Positions 29,629-39,361 are shown, counted from the first letter of the stretch. The stretch: DNA of 47,738 bases from a candidate division WOR-3 bacterium (GCA_039803305.1 JBDRYG010000002.1:1-47738), one strand, 5' to 3'. A program made the numbers and translations. Notes: generated by a model from the letters alone, not told the origin.

Positions 29629-29930
29629 GACCTTGTTTTTTTAGCTATACCTTTAAGAGGGGATGGCGCCTTTATAAAATCAGTAAAAGTTTCCGGAGAG
29701 TTCTGTAACACATCTATTTTAGAAAGTGACTCACAAGGCACATCATCTCTCATTCGGAGTTGAAAGTGTTCGTGAGGATAATATAGAGGCTCAACATTTG
29801 ACACATCAAGTTCTTTAAGCTTTTCCACCATCCTTAAAACTTTCTCAAAATGCTCCTCAATTTTCTCTACTCTATCATCTGGTATATAGAGTTTTGCGAG
29901 GCTTAAGATTCGTCTGAGCCTATCGCTCAT
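29625..29930 (-). CDS. gatC: Asp/Glu-tRNA amidotransferase subunit C
   Basis: 101 aa. GatC-like layout (LAKLYIPDD...LDVSNVEPLYYP...RDDVP). Confidence 0.7.
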   Translation of the reverse strand: MSDRLRRILSLAKLYIPDDRVEKIEEHFEKVLRMVEKLKELDVSNVEPLYYPHEHFQLRMRDDVPCESLSKIDVLQNSPETFTDFIKAPSPLKGIAKKTRS

Positions 29931-30915
29931 CTTTAATTCCCTCTAATGGATATGAATTGAAAACTCTGGCATTTGGGGGAATTACAACATCTTTTAGCAC
30001 CACGCCGGGACCAATTACTGCATTATCCCCTATTTCCGTTTTCCCCAAAAGAGATACAAAAGGATAAATTATAACATCCTTACCTATTTTCACTTCAGCC
30101 TCTATATAAACCTTATCGGGATCAATGATTGAAACCCCGCTTTCCAGCATATTTTTAACAATTCTTCTTAACATAATTCTATTAACAAGTCCCAGGTGTT
30201 CCCTCGTATTAACGCCGAGGATCTCCTCCCAATCATCAATTTTATAAGCAAAAACATTCCCCATACGTCTTTGCAAGATCTCAATAATATCTGTTAAATA
30301 ATATTCCCCTTGCTTGTTATCAGGCCTTATCTCATCTATATACTGGAACAAGACGGATGTGTAAAAGAAATACATCCCAGAATTAACTTCCTTTATGGCT
30401 TTCTCTTCTGGAAAAGCATCAGCTTCTTCAACTATCATCAACACCCTATCACCCACGGATCTTATAATTCTACCATACCCTGTGGGATCTGGAACCTCTG
30501 CTGTTAAAACTGTAGCATATGCCCCACGAGATCTGTGAAACTCCATCAACTCCTTTGCCGTCATTTCGGTTAATAGGGGGGCATCACCAGGTATAATGAA
30601 AATGTCAGAGTCAAAATTATCTATGTAAGGCTTTACTCTTTTTACAGCATCACCTGTCCCTTTTGGCTCCTCTTGAATAACAATTTCGACATCCTCGTCT
30701 CTCAAGAATTCCTTAATCTGATCCATGTAAGGGCCACCAATTACCACAAAAACCTTCTTTGGTCCGAGACTCCTTGCGACCTTTAACGGGAAATAAAGTA
30801 AAGGCTTACCAGCGACTTCGTGCAGTACCTTGCTTTTAAATGAGTTCATTCTCTTAGCCTTTCCAGCCGCAAGAATTGCTACATACAGATCCCTTGAAAA
30901 ATCTCCTCTTCTCAT
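29920..30915 (-). CDS. GlmU-like sugar-1-phosphate nucleotidyltransferase with a truncated left-handed beta-helix
   Basis: 331 aa. AILAAGKAKRM, QEEPKGTGDAV, GDAPLL, EYYLTDII. Only about 60 aa of hexapeptide repeats, whereas full-length bifunctional GlmU is substantially longer. Confidence 0.7.
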   Translation of the reverse strand: MRRGDFSRDLYVAILAAGKAKRMNSFKSKVLHEVAGKPLLYFPLKVARSLGPKKVFVVIGGPYMDQIKEFLRDEDVEIVIQEEPKGTGDAVKRVKPYIDNFDSDIFIIPGDAPLLTEMTAKELMEFHRSRGAYATVLTAEVPDPTGYGRIIRSVGDRVLMIVEEADAFPEEKAIKEVNSGMYFFYTSVLFQYIDEIRPDNKQGEYYLTDIIEILQRRMGNVFAYKIDDWEEILGVNTREHLGLVNRIMLRRIVKNMLESGVSIIDPDKVYIEAEVKIGKDVIIYPFVSLLGKTEIGDNAVIGPGVVLKDVVIPPNARVFNSYPLEGIKDER

Positions 30916-32033
30916 AGATGCACCCTTTCCTCAACAAATTCGATTATAGCATCTGGTTCAAATAACTCACAATCATAACGATTAACGGCGTGAACCTTAT
31001 CCTTACCCGCAATTTTCGCAACCACATGTATATACTGTCCCATGTTCATTTCAGGTACAAATATCGATTTTGCACGTGCCCCAAAATCGAGAATCTTCTT
31101 CTCCGGAACAGGCCATAGGATCTTCGGCCTGAGAAGCATAGCTTTAACACCTCTAGTTATCAATTTGTCAACGACTTCTTTTACGGCCCTGGCAACGATG
31201 CCATATGCGACAAACAATATTTCTGCATCTTCACTACCGTAAAGTTCCACCAAATCTTCTGAGATCAATTGGATAGCGGTCATCTTTTTGGAAAATCTCT
31301 CCATCTTCCATTTTATTAGGTCATTTTTATTTGTAGGGAATCCGTCCTGTCCATGGAAAAGTCCTGTGATATGGTAACGCTTACCCTTACCAAAAGGCAA
31401 AAGGTAGCCTCCAATTTCTTCGCCATCCTTAAATGGTAAAAATTCCTCAAGCTCTATTTTTTCTGGCTCCCAGATTTCAACACTATCTGGAATAGATATC
31501 TTTTCCCTCATATGAGAAGTGATTTCATCAGTAAGCAAAATAACCGGAACTCTGAATTTCTCAGAAAGATTCACCCCAAGAACCGTCAGATCAAAAACCT
31601 CTTGGACCGAGTATGGTGATAACGCAATAATGGGGTGATCCCCGTGCGTACCCCAGCGAGCTTGCATAACATCACCCTGCATCGGCATAGTTGGGGCACC
31701 TGTAGAAGGACCACCTCTCATTGAATTTAGAATCAAAACGGGGATTTCAGCCATAGCTGCAAAACCGAGGTGTTCTTGCATTAAGGAGAACCCAGGACCA
31801 CTTGTTGCTGTCATAGACTTTAATCCACCAAGTCGAGCACCAATACAAGCAGCAAGACTTGCGATCTCATCCTCAAATTGAATAAAAACTCCCTGAACCT
31901 TAGGTAACTCTCTGGACATCACCTCGGCTACCTCAGAAGAGGGGGTTATAGGATACCCACCGTAAAATCGCACACCGGCTTTTATTGCTGCAATAGCTGC
32001 TGCCTCGTTCCCCTGTAAAAGCTCAACCTTCAT
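30912..32033 (-). CDS. korA: 2-oxoacid:ferredoxin oxidoreductase alpha subunit
   Basis: 373 aa. GNEAAAIAAIKAGVRFYGGYPITPSSE and TATSGPGFSLMQE are typical of KorA/OorA. Confidence 0.85.
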   Translation of the reverse strand: MKVELLQGNEAAAIAAIKAGVRFYGGYPITPSSEVAEVMSRELPKVQGVFIQFEDEIASLAACIGARLGGLKSMTATSGPGFSLMQEHLGFAAMAEIPVLILNSMRGGPSTGAPTMPMQGDVMQARWGTHGDHPIIALSPYSVQEVFDLTVLGVNLSEKFRVPVILLTDEITSHMREKISIPDSVEIWEPEKIELEEFLPFKDGEEIGGYLLPFGKGKRYHITGLFHGQDGFPTNKNDLIKWKMERFSKKMTAIQLISEDLVELYGSEDAEILFVAYGIVARAVKEVVDKLITRGVKAMLLRPKILWPVPEKKILDFGARAKSIFVPEMNMGQYIHVVAKIAGKDKVHAVNRYDCELFEPDAIIEFVEERVHL

Positions 32034-32524
32034 TAAAAATACCCCTCCTCCACAGAAAGTCCGAGGGCATCAGTCAAAACAAGAACAGCCCGATCTACGA
32101 GTTCTTCCCTGATTACAATTGAAATAGAATCAACAGATGTGCTAACCATTTCGATGTTTACACCAGCTTCCGCAAGAATATTAAAAATTTTAGCAGCAAT
32201 CCCGGGAGTCCTTGAAATTTCCTTACTTCCGTAGAACACAAGAAGTGCTACCTTAGGATCGTAACCTATTCCCAGTGCGTCAGTAGAGTCCAGTAACTCG
32301 TCTTCCATTTGCTGGATTTGGGGAAGTTGACTCTCAAGAACCAGTAAAGCAATATCTGATCTGCCTTTACTTGAAGGTCCGGAAACTATGAGTTCCACAT
32401 TAATTCCTTTTGAGGCAAGTTTTTCGAAAACCTCAGCTGCTACGCCGGGCTTGTCTTTGACACTTCTTAAGATAACCTTAACAACTTTCCTGTTCACCCA
32501 AAGTTCTTCAACAGGGAAAGCCAT
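32033..32524 (-). CDS. Stand-alone tandem ACT-domain protein (aspartokinase regulatory-domain-like)
   Basis: 163 aa. Two ACT-like halves (KPGVAAEVFEKLASKGINVELI and TPGIAAKIFNILAEAGVNIEMV). Confidence 0.75.
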   Translation of the reverse strand: MAFPVEELWVNRKVVKVILRSVKDKPGVAAEVFEKLASKGINVELIVSGPSSKGRSDIALLVLESQLPQIQQMEDELLDSTDALGIGYDPKVALLVFYGSKEISRTPGIAAKIFNILAEAGVNIEMVSTSVDSISIVIREELVDRAVLVLTDALGLSVEEGYF

Positions 32525-32535
32525 AATAACACCCC

Positions 32536-33882
32536 CTATAAATACTTCCTCAAAACATTGACAAAATCATCTAAATCCTTTACCGAAAGCTTCTCAGTAG
32601 TTGCAATTAATAACCATCTTTCATCATACCCAAAATCAACAAGGGGAACACCAGCAAAAAATCCGTCACTCAACATTTTTTCAACAACATTCTTCGCGTT
32701 CATCGGCAACTCTACCGCGAATTCATTAAATATAGGACCATCAAACACTCGCTTTCCTAACCCTTCTTTTTCTAACTTATCCAGAAGGTAATGAGCCCTC
32801 AAAGTATTTTGTAAAGCTAAATCCTTAATACCCTCCTTTCCGAGTAGACTAAGATAAATTAAGGCAGCAAGGGCACAAAGATTCTGATTGCTGCATATAT
32901 TCGACGTAGCTTTTTCACGCTTTATATGCTGCTCTCGGGTTTGTAGAGTCATAACAAATCCTCTGTTTCCATCAAGGTCTCTGGTTTCACCAACAATTCT
33001 TCCTGGCATCTGCCTGATGTGTTCCATTTTTGCGGAGAATAACCCAAGGTAAGGACCACCAAAGGAAAGAGGAATGCCAAGAGGCTGCCCTTCACCAACA
33101 GCGATGTCTGCACCATACTCACCCGGAGGTGCTAAAATACCCAAGGATATAGGATTATAAACAGAAATTAGTAGAACTCCCTTATCACCAGTAAGATTTC
33201 TCAGTTTAAAACCGTCTTCTACCACACCAAAGAAGTTCGGGGTTTGAAATGCAAAGCAAGCAGTATTTTCATCAATTTTTTCTAGCAGATCCCTTTCATC
33301 CACAGTGCCCGTCCTTTTATCCATGGAGACTTCCTCAAGAGATACCCCCTCAAGATTCACATAGGTTTTTAAGACAGAAATGTAGTTAGGATTTATGTTT
33401 TGGGCATAAAGGACCTTTTTTCGCTCAGGCTTCAACCTTAACGCCATTAAACAGGCTTCAGCAAGAGCGGTAGCACCGTCATACATAGATGCGTTAGTCA
33501 CATCCATTTTGGTAAGTTCGCATATTACCGATTGATATTCAAAAATTGCTTGGAGAGTTCCCTGTGAAACCTCCGCCTGGTAAGGGGTGTACGCTGTATA
33601 AAACTCGGAACGGGACAGAATAAAGGGAATTACTTTGGGAACATAATGATCGTAAGCGCCTCCGCCAGCAAATATTTTCAGGCCGCTCTTATTTTGTTCT
33701 GATAAACTCTTAACTAATTCGTATACTTCTTCTTCGGAGAGTGCATCAGGTAAATTGAGTTCTCCTTGAAAAAAATATTCTTCAGGGATATCTTTCAAAA
33801 GTTCCCTATAAGAAGACACTCCTAAAAATTTAAGCATCTCCTCCCTATCTTTATCAGAGTTAGGGAGGAACGGATGTCCCAT
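32536..33882 (-). CDS. gcvPA: Glycine dehydrogenase (decarboxylating) subunit 1
   Basis: 448 aa. Family-typical N terminus (PFLPNSDKDREEML) and TPYQAEVSQGTLQ block. Confidence 0.92.
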   Translation of the reverse strand: MGHPFLPNSDKDREEMLKFLGVSSYRELLKDIPEEYFFQGELNLPDALSEEEVYELVKSLSEQNKSGLKIFAGGGAYDHYVPKVIPFILSRSEFYTAYTPYQAEVSQGTLQAIFEYQSVICELTKMDVTNASMYDGATALAEACLMALRLKPERKKVLYAQNINPNYISVLKTYVNLEGVSLEEVSMDKRTGTVDERDLLEKIDENTACFAFQTPNFFGVVEDGFKLRNLTGDKGVLLISVYNPISLGILAPPGEYGADIAVGEGQPLGIPLSFGGPYLGLFSAKMEHIRQMPGRIVGETRDLDGNRGFVMTLQTREQHIKREKATSNICSNQNLCALAALIYLSLLGKEGIKDLALQNTLRAHYLLDKLEKEGLGKRVFDGPIFNEFAVELPMNAKNVVEKMLSDGFFAGVPLVDFGYDERWLLIATTEKLSVKDLDDFVNVLRKYL

Positions 33883-33884
33883 AT

Positions 33885-34268
33885 TTACTCCTCCGCAATT
33901 AACTTTTTATATTCTTCTGCCGAGAGACACTCATCAAGTTCAGCTTGATTTTCCAGTTTTATCTTGCAAATCCACCCATCACCATAAGGATCTCTATTAA
34001 TTAGAGCAGGATCATCCTTTAATTTCTCGTTTATTTCTATTACTTCACCGGAAACAGGTGAGTAAACACTGGCAACAGTTTTAACAGCCTCTACGGAGGC
34101 TATTTCATCACCCTTGTTAACCTTTTTCCCGATGGGAGGGAGTTCTACATATACAATATCAGAAAGTTCTGACTGCGCGAAATCAGTTATGCCGATAATG
34201 GCTATATCACCTTCTACTTTAACCCACTCATGTTCCTTTGTGTATTTCAAACCCTCCGGTATCAACAT
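33885..34268 (-). CDS. gcvH: Glycine cleavage system H protein
   Basis: 127 aa. Lipoyl-lysine motif VEAVKTVASVYSPVSGEV. Confidence 0.95.
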   Translation of the reverse strand: MLIPEGLKYTKEHEWVKVEGDIAIIGITDFAQSELSDIVYVELPPIGKKVNKGDEIASVEAVKTVASVYSPVSGEVIEINEKLKDDPALINRDPYGDGWICKIKLENQAELDECLSAEEYKKLIAEE

Positions 34269-34300
34269 AATAACCTCCCTTTAATCTAAGAACTTGTATA

Positions 34301-34329
34301 ATTTTAACTGCATTGTGGCAATCAGTCAA
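34301..34329 (-). promoter_or_regulatory. Sigma70-like promoter for the gcvH-to-kbl operon
   Basis: On the minus strand: TTGACT-N17-TAAAAT, followed by a leader carrying AGGGAGG before ATG 34268. Confidence 0.5.
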
Positions 34330-34541
34330 AAAACTCAAAGTGATTTCATCAAAAACTGACAACTGGGAAATCCTTACCCGTAAATTAGTTTTCAGCTGTC
34401 ACTTACCTAAAAGTTTTCTTTCATAAAAAACAAGCCTAAGCTTAATACCAAATAGGCCGAGTTCCCTGTGGCATATTATATAAGTTTTCTTTTTTGCCTC
34501 TAACCCTTACAATTTACAAAACAAGAAAATGAGGAGGATTA

Positions 34542-36050
34542 ATGTCAGACAGAATACCGAGGATTTTAGTAAAAGTTGTAATTTGTTTTATACTTCTGGT
34601 ATTGAGTTCCAGAGCAATTTATACGGAAACAATCATTCCAAAATTACCAGATTTAATCCCTTTCCGCTCGGGAGATAAATGGGGATTTAGTGACTCACTT
34701 AAAAACATTATTATAGAATGCGAATACGACTATGCAAGAAAATTTTCGGAAAGTTTAGCCGTAGTAAAAAAGGGTGAACAATATTTTTACATTGATGCAG
34801 AAGGGAAAATCGTGATTGGGAAAAGTGAAAACTATACAAATGCCGAAGATTTTAAAGGAGGGCTTGCAAGGGTATTTAATCAACGATTCGGCACCCATTA
34901 TATTAATAAAAGCGGGAAAACAAAAATAATAACGGAAAGCTATAATTATCGATTTGGGGACTTCAGTGAAGGTCTTGTAAAACTGTGTAACTCGAGGAAC
35001 CAAAAATTTGGCTACATCTCTGAGAATGGCGTCCTGGTGATCCCTTACACTTTTACCTGGGCTGGGGACTTTCACTGTGGCCTTGCTCTTGTAAAAAAGG
35101 GGAACTCTATTTATTATATTAATAAATCGGGAAACCCGGTTATAAAGGTAAAATATGACAGTGCATTTGATTTCTCAGATTGTATGGCGAAGGTTTATAG
35201 CAGCAAACAAAATAATTACGGATTCATAGATACAACTGGAAAACTCGTAATAGACTTTAAATTTGAAGAAGCAGGTAATTTTCATTTCGGTATTTGCAGG
35301 GTAAGGGATTCAAGGTCTGGTGAGACTTATTTTATAGATAGAAATGGAAACATAATAAAACCTTCTACCGAGGAGATAAAAAGATATGTAATCACTGAGG
35401 ATTTTGAAGGCGATGGAGTAAAATATGACAGAGATTTACATTACTACATTGATTACAAGGGGTCTCATTATTATGAAGAAAATCTCGCCGAGAAGAGAGA
35501 GAAAAAGGCAAAAGCTGAAAAATTAGTAAGCCTTGCATCTGAAGAATACAACAAGGGTAATTTAACTTCAGCAATAAAATATTGTGATGAAGCATTAAAA
35601 AATGACTACGATTATCAAGATGCCTATTTATATAGGGGTATGTGTTTTTCCAAACTCGGAAGAAGTAACGATGCAATTCAAGATTTTGAGAAAGCCGGTG
35701 CATTAGGTGATATACTTGCAATAGCTGAGTACTATAAATTAGGACAGCTTGACAAAGTGATAATTTATGCTGATCAAGTTACATCAGCGTTAAATCATCC
35801 TTATAAAGCTTATGGATATTTCTGGAAAGGCCGTGCTTACATGGACTATGCGTATATTTATGCCGGCACGGAAAAATTCGACTATCACAGAGACCGATCA
35901 TTAGATAACTTTTCTAAGGCGATTAACCTGAAACCGGACTTAGCAGAAGCATATTTCTTTAGAGGAATATTCTACAAAGCTCTCGGGCTTGAACAGTTTG
36001 CAAATGAAGACTTGAGAAAGGCTTCTGAGTTGGGCTTAACAATAAAATAA
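34542..36050 (+). CDS. Secreted WG-repeat (KWG-type) protein with C-terminal TPR repeats
   Basis: 502 aa. Signal peptide, repeated motifs of the form WGF/YI..(d/n)GK.VI, and a TPR-like C terminus. Confidence 0.7.
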   Translation: MSDRIPRILVKVVICFILLVLSSRAIYTETIIPKLPDLIPFRSGDKWGFSDSLKNIIIECEYDYARKFSESLAVVKKGEQYFYIDAEGKIVIGKSENYTNAEDFKGGLARVFNQRFGTHYINKSGKTKIITESYNYRFGDFSEGLVKLCNSRNQKFGYISENGVLVIPYTFTWAGDFHCGLALVKKGNSIYYINKSGNPVIKVKYDSAFDFSDCMAKVYSSKQNNYGFIDTTGKLVIDFKFEEAGNFHFGICRVRDSRSGETYFIDRNGNIIKPSTEEIKRYVITEDFEGDGVKYDRDLHYYIDYKGSHYYEENLAEKREKKAKAEKLVSLASEEYNKGNLTSAIKYCDEALKNDYDYQDAYLYRGMCFSKLGRSNDAIQDFEKAGALGDILAIAEYYKLGQLDKVIIYADQVTSALNHPYKAYGYFWKGRAYMDYAYIYAGTEKFDYHRDRSLDNFSKAINLKPDLAEAYFFRGIFYKALGLEQFANEDLRKASELGLTIK

Positions 36051-36072
36051 TATTAGTGTTCAGCCCTTGCAA

Positions 36073-36576
36073 CTACCAGTAGTTGATCTCCTTTACGATC
36101 AGCCACTTACCTTTAACTTTTTTTAGTTGAAAATAAATCGTATCAACTACCAGCATTCCAAGTATATTCTCGTGACTTTCTTCCAAGGCCACTATCGACT
36201 CTGAATCACTGATCTTGTTCTCCCTAATAACTCTATAACTCTGAAAAGCACCTTTTTTTAAGCCTTTTTTCAAACTATCCCGAACTGCATTAACTCTATT
36301 AGGATCAACCATGGCGGTCATCTCTATCAATTGCATTAAACCTGCTCTCATATCTGAAGACTCTTCAACGTATGAAAGAGCCTTTTCGTATTCCATATTA
36401 TTAAGAGCGGTGATAAAAGACTCCACTGTTTTTTGAGGGCTCGGCGCACACGAATACAGAAAAATCGATAATATAAAAATAAGCCAATTAACATATGGCT
36501 TTAGAGCACATACCTTTTTGTTGTACAAATAAGGAAATAAAAACCTTACTTTTGCATTACTTTTTAAGTAACCCAT
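36073..36576 (-). CDS. Lipoprotein of unknown function
   Basis: Start moved to ATG 36576 (MGYLKSNAK...), which is preceded by GGAGG. Lipobox LYSC. Confidence 0.55.
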   Translation of the reverse strand: MGYLKSNAKVRFLFPYLYNKKVCALKPYVNWLIFILSIFLYSCAPSPQKTVESFITALNNMEYEKALSYVEESSDMRAGLMQLIEMTAMVDPNRVNAVRDSLKKGLKKGAFQSYRVIRENKISDSESIVALEESHENILGMLVVDTIYFQLKKVKGKWLIVKEINYW

Positions 36577-36716
36577 GGTCGCCTCCTGTACCATTCTTTT
36601 ATCATATAGTTCTAATAAGGAAAATGCAAAATTATTAAACATAAATATGATAGCCAGTTTGATATAGCCTCTTTACTTTTCGCTTCTTAACTCACATAAT
36701 ACATAATATAAAATCA

Positions 36717-37075
36717 GGGAGGCCGGGGAGCCGCCCGTAAGGGAGGAAAGTCCGGGCTCCAAAGGGCAGGGTGCCACCTAACGGGTGGGCGCCGTAAGGC
36801 GACGGATAGGGCCACAGAAACGAGACAGCCGATGGTCTCCGTATGGAGACACAGGCTAAGGTGAAACCGTGGGGTAAGAGCCCACGTACCTTACCGGCAA
36901 CGGTAAGGTAGGCAACCCCCACCCGGAGCAAGGCCAAGCAGGGACGATGGAGTGGCCCGCTCCGATTCTGCATCGTGGCAGAATAAGTCCCGGGTAGGCC
37001 GCTCGAGCTCACCGGTGACGGTGAGCCCAGAGAAATGGCTCCCCCTGACAGAACCCGGCTTACAGGCCTCCCTAA
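36717..37075 (+). ncRNA. rnpB: RNase P RNA, bacterial type A
   Basis: GGAAAGTCCGGGCTCC at 36745-36760 and ACAGAACCCGGCTTA at 37048-37062 (P4 strands). P1 pairing GGGAGGCC (36717-36724) with GGCCTCCC (37065-37072). Strongly GC-rich compared with its flanks and followed by a T-run. Confidence 0.93.
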
Positions 37076-37117
37076 ATTTATTTTTTTCCACAGACTTATG
37101 CCTTTATATTAATAAAG

Positions 37118-37489
37118 ATGCTAAATAAGAGGTATTATACTCAAAAAGAGGTTGCCGACCTGGTTGGGGTAAATCCTGGAATAATAACGTACTGGGAAGA
37201 AAAGCTCCGAATATTTCATCCCAAAAAGAGAGGTGGAAGAAAACTTTTTACTGCTTCTGATCTTAAGAAAGCAATGATGGTCAAGCAACTCTTGGAAAGC
37301 GGTTTATCCCTAAAAGGCGTCAAGAAAAAACTTGAAGAAGAAACATTCGAAGAACTACTCCCCGATGTGATCTCAGGGGTAATTCAAGAAATTAGGGATA
37401 TTCTCGATGAAGCTTTAAAAGAAATAAGGGAACTAAAGGAATATCTCAATGAAAGAGCTAATAGTGGGAATAATTCAGGGAATCACTGA
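37118..37489 (+). CDS. MerR-family transcriptional regulator
   Basis: 123 aa. N-terminal HTH YYTQKEVADLVGVNPGIITYWEEK followed by a coiled-coil region. Confidence 0.8.
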   Translation: MLNKRYYTQKEVADLVGVNPGIITYWEEKLRIFHPKKRGGRKLFTASDLKKAMMVKQLLESGLSLKGVKKKLEEETFEELLPDVISGVIQEIRDILDEALKEIRELKEYLNERANSGNNSGNH

Positions 37490-38192
37490 GTTTTTGCCAG
37501 TTTCAAGTTCAGGTCACTTAGTGTTAACACAGTCAATATTAAAAATATCAAAGCCAGGAATAGAGTTCGAAATATTTTTGCATTTTAGCACGCTTCTTGC
37601 TGTGTTAATTTTTTTCTTCAAGGAAATAAAAAATTTTGCACGAAAAGAAAACCCTAAAAACCATCCCTTAACCTTAATCACCATTGGCTCAATCCCCGCC
37701 GGCGTAATCGGAGTTTTATTTAAAGACAAAATAGAATTGTACTTTGAAAACACCACCTACCTACCATACTTTTATCTCATAACTACAGCAATGCTCTTCT
37801 CTACTTCCCTAAGGAAAAAAGCTGTGAGAGAAAACATAACAATTCTCGATGCGCTTATCATAGGTACAGCACAGGCTATCGCCATTTTACCCGGGGTATC
37901 CAGGTCAGGCGCCACTATTAGCACTGCACTACTTCTTGGTATTCTTCCAGAGAAAGCTTTTTCATTTTCCTTTTTACTTTCTATACCAGCCATATTTGGA
38001 GCCATGATCTTGGACTTAAAAGATGCAAATTTCTCAACTCTACTGAGTTATGCTCCTGCAGGAACAATTGCTTTTCTTTTCGGTATCGCAAGCCTATATA
38101 TACTGAAAAAAACCCTTAAAATGAACAAATTACACTATTTTGGAATCTACACTTTAATAGTGGCAATTCTCACTTTTGGGCTTAAGCTGTAG
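37449..38192 (+). CDS. uppP: Undecaprenyl-diphosphate phosphatase
   Basis: 247 aa. GITEFLPVSSSGHL and PGVSRSG motifs. Overlaps the MerR gene by 41 nt. Confidence 0.93.
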   Translation: MKELIVGIIQGITEFLPVSSSGHLVLTQSILKISKPGIEFEIFLHFSTLLAVLIFFFKEIKNFARKENPKNHPLTLITIGSIPAGVIGVLFKDKIELYFENTTYLPYFYLITTAMLFSTSLRKKAVRENITILDALIIGTAQAIAILPGVSRSGATISTALLLGILPEKAFSFSFLLSIPAIFGAMILDLKDANFSTLLSYAPAGTIAFLFGIASLYILKKTLKMNKLHYFGIYTLIVAILTFGLKL

Positions 38193-38230
38193 AAGTATTT
38201 GCTTGTGCTTAAACCAGAGGTTAAAAGCTC

Positions 38231-38566
38231 TCAAGCTAAAATTTTAAACAAAACTATAGCACCATTTTCAAACTCTTCTACTTTCGAAATTTCAACTTTT
38301 ATCCCCGCTTTCTCTAAAATAACCCCATAATCTTCAAAGTAGTCATAAAAACCACATGTTCGACAGAATGGCCCAGAAAACACGATCCTTATTTCACCCT
38401 TTGAAAAGGAAACAATATCTGCTTTAACTTCGGGATACCTATACCTATTATACTCAGCTAATGTTCTCCTTACTTTGATCCTGAGCTTAAGCTCAGAGTA
38501 TAATTTCAAAATTGGGCTCATCCTACCAAGTAGATTCCAGCGCGGTGTCATTACGACAAATACCAT
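38231..38566 (-). CDS. Small hypothetical protein with a single CxxC
   Basis: 111-aa ORF with no recognised motif beyond CRTC. Start codon uncertain (three in-frame Met codons, none with a Shine-Dalgarno sequence). Confidence 0.35.
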   Translation of the reverse strand: MVFVVMTPRWNLLGRMSPILKLYSELKLRIKVRRTLAEYNRYRYPEVKADIVSFSKGEIRIVFSGPFCRTCGFYDYFEDYGVILEKAGIKVEISKVEEFENGAIVLFKILA

Positions 38567-38760
38567 GCTCTAAAGTTAATAATACCCATTTGCGAGGATA
38601 TTTAAGGGCATTCCCAAAATCAATTTTTAACTTCATTGATATCTTCAAAAGTTTCAAAATCTCTTAAAAAAAACAAACGAAGAATCTCACTTAAGAAAAA
38701 ATGACAGAAGATTTAACCGCTTTTCCGTTTTGATCCCCGCCTCCGATGTGTCATTGATCA

Positions 38761-39135
38761 TTACTTTTGTGGACGCAGAATATGGACCTTCACCGGATTT
38801 GATTCACCGACATTGTCACAAATATCAAAGGCTCTAACCCTCATTTCAACAACAGAATCCTTTATGGAATCTATAATGGCAACAAGTTCAAGAGGCTCTA
38901 CTGAATCTTGCATAAATGTCTTACCGGAAACAATTAGCACCAGTTTCCTGATTCTAGAATCATCCTGTATAGAAACTTGCAAAGGTGTATCACTAGTTAA
39001 CGTGTCACCATCCTTAGGATTGAGAAGCTTAACCACAGGAGGAGTCCAGTCTGGCTTACCCGGTGGAGGAGCCTTATACCCGCAGGAATGAACAAAAAAA
39101 AGAACAAATATAAAAGGTAAAATTATCCTTTTCAC
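38761..39135 (-). CDS. Small lipoprotein with an Ig-like beta-sandwich
   Basis: 124 aa. Signal peptide plus lipobox VHSC. Overlaps the upstream gene end by 4 nt. Confidence 0.6.
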   Translation of the reverse strand: MKRIILPFIFVLFFVHSCGYKAPPPGKPDWTPPVVKLLNPKDGDTLTSDTPLQVSIQDDSRIRKLVLIVSGKTFMQDSVEPLELVAIIDSIKDSVVEMRVRAFDICDNVGESNPVKVHILRPQK

Positions 39136-39359
39136 TTTTTCCCTTTCTTTTCTTTTATTGCATCTTGAAGAAGTTTCTCGTATTTCCCTTTGTCTCTGAG
39201 GTCATTAAATCCGTCCTTATTTTCGTCTTTAAATTTCTTTGGCTCTATCTTTACGCTTTTGGGTTTAACAGTATCCTGAGGGGAGGGTTTATCTCCCTCC
39301 CCACCGAAGGCAAAACCCATAGTAGTAAGAAAGAATACAGCCAAGATCAAAGGCTTCAT
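39132..39359 (-). CDS. Small secreted Lys-rich protein with an EF-hand-like Ca-binding loop
   Basis: 75 aa. Signal peptide. DENKDGFNDLRD fits the 12-residue EF-hand loop pattern D-x-N-x-D-G-x-x-x-x-x-D/E. Confidence 0.5.
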   Translation of the reverse strand: MKPLILAVFFLTTMGFAFGGEGDKPSPQDTVKPKSVKIEPKKFKDENKDGFNDLRDKGKYEKLLQDAIKEKKGKK

Positions 39360-39361
39360 TC

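Noticed and set aside
34269-34541. Possible glycine riboswitch upstream of gcvH
   Set aside because: Reading the minus strand, I find only a promoter and a Shine-Dalgarno sequence. None of the conserved GGAGAG...CACCG/ACCGAAGGGGCAA-type cores are present.
36692-37091. Two minus-strand ORFs (106 aa and 66 aa) in a GC-rich patch
   Set aside because: They lie antisense across the RNase P RNA gene. Their Arg/Gly/Pro-rich translations are an artefact of the GC-rich structured RNA.
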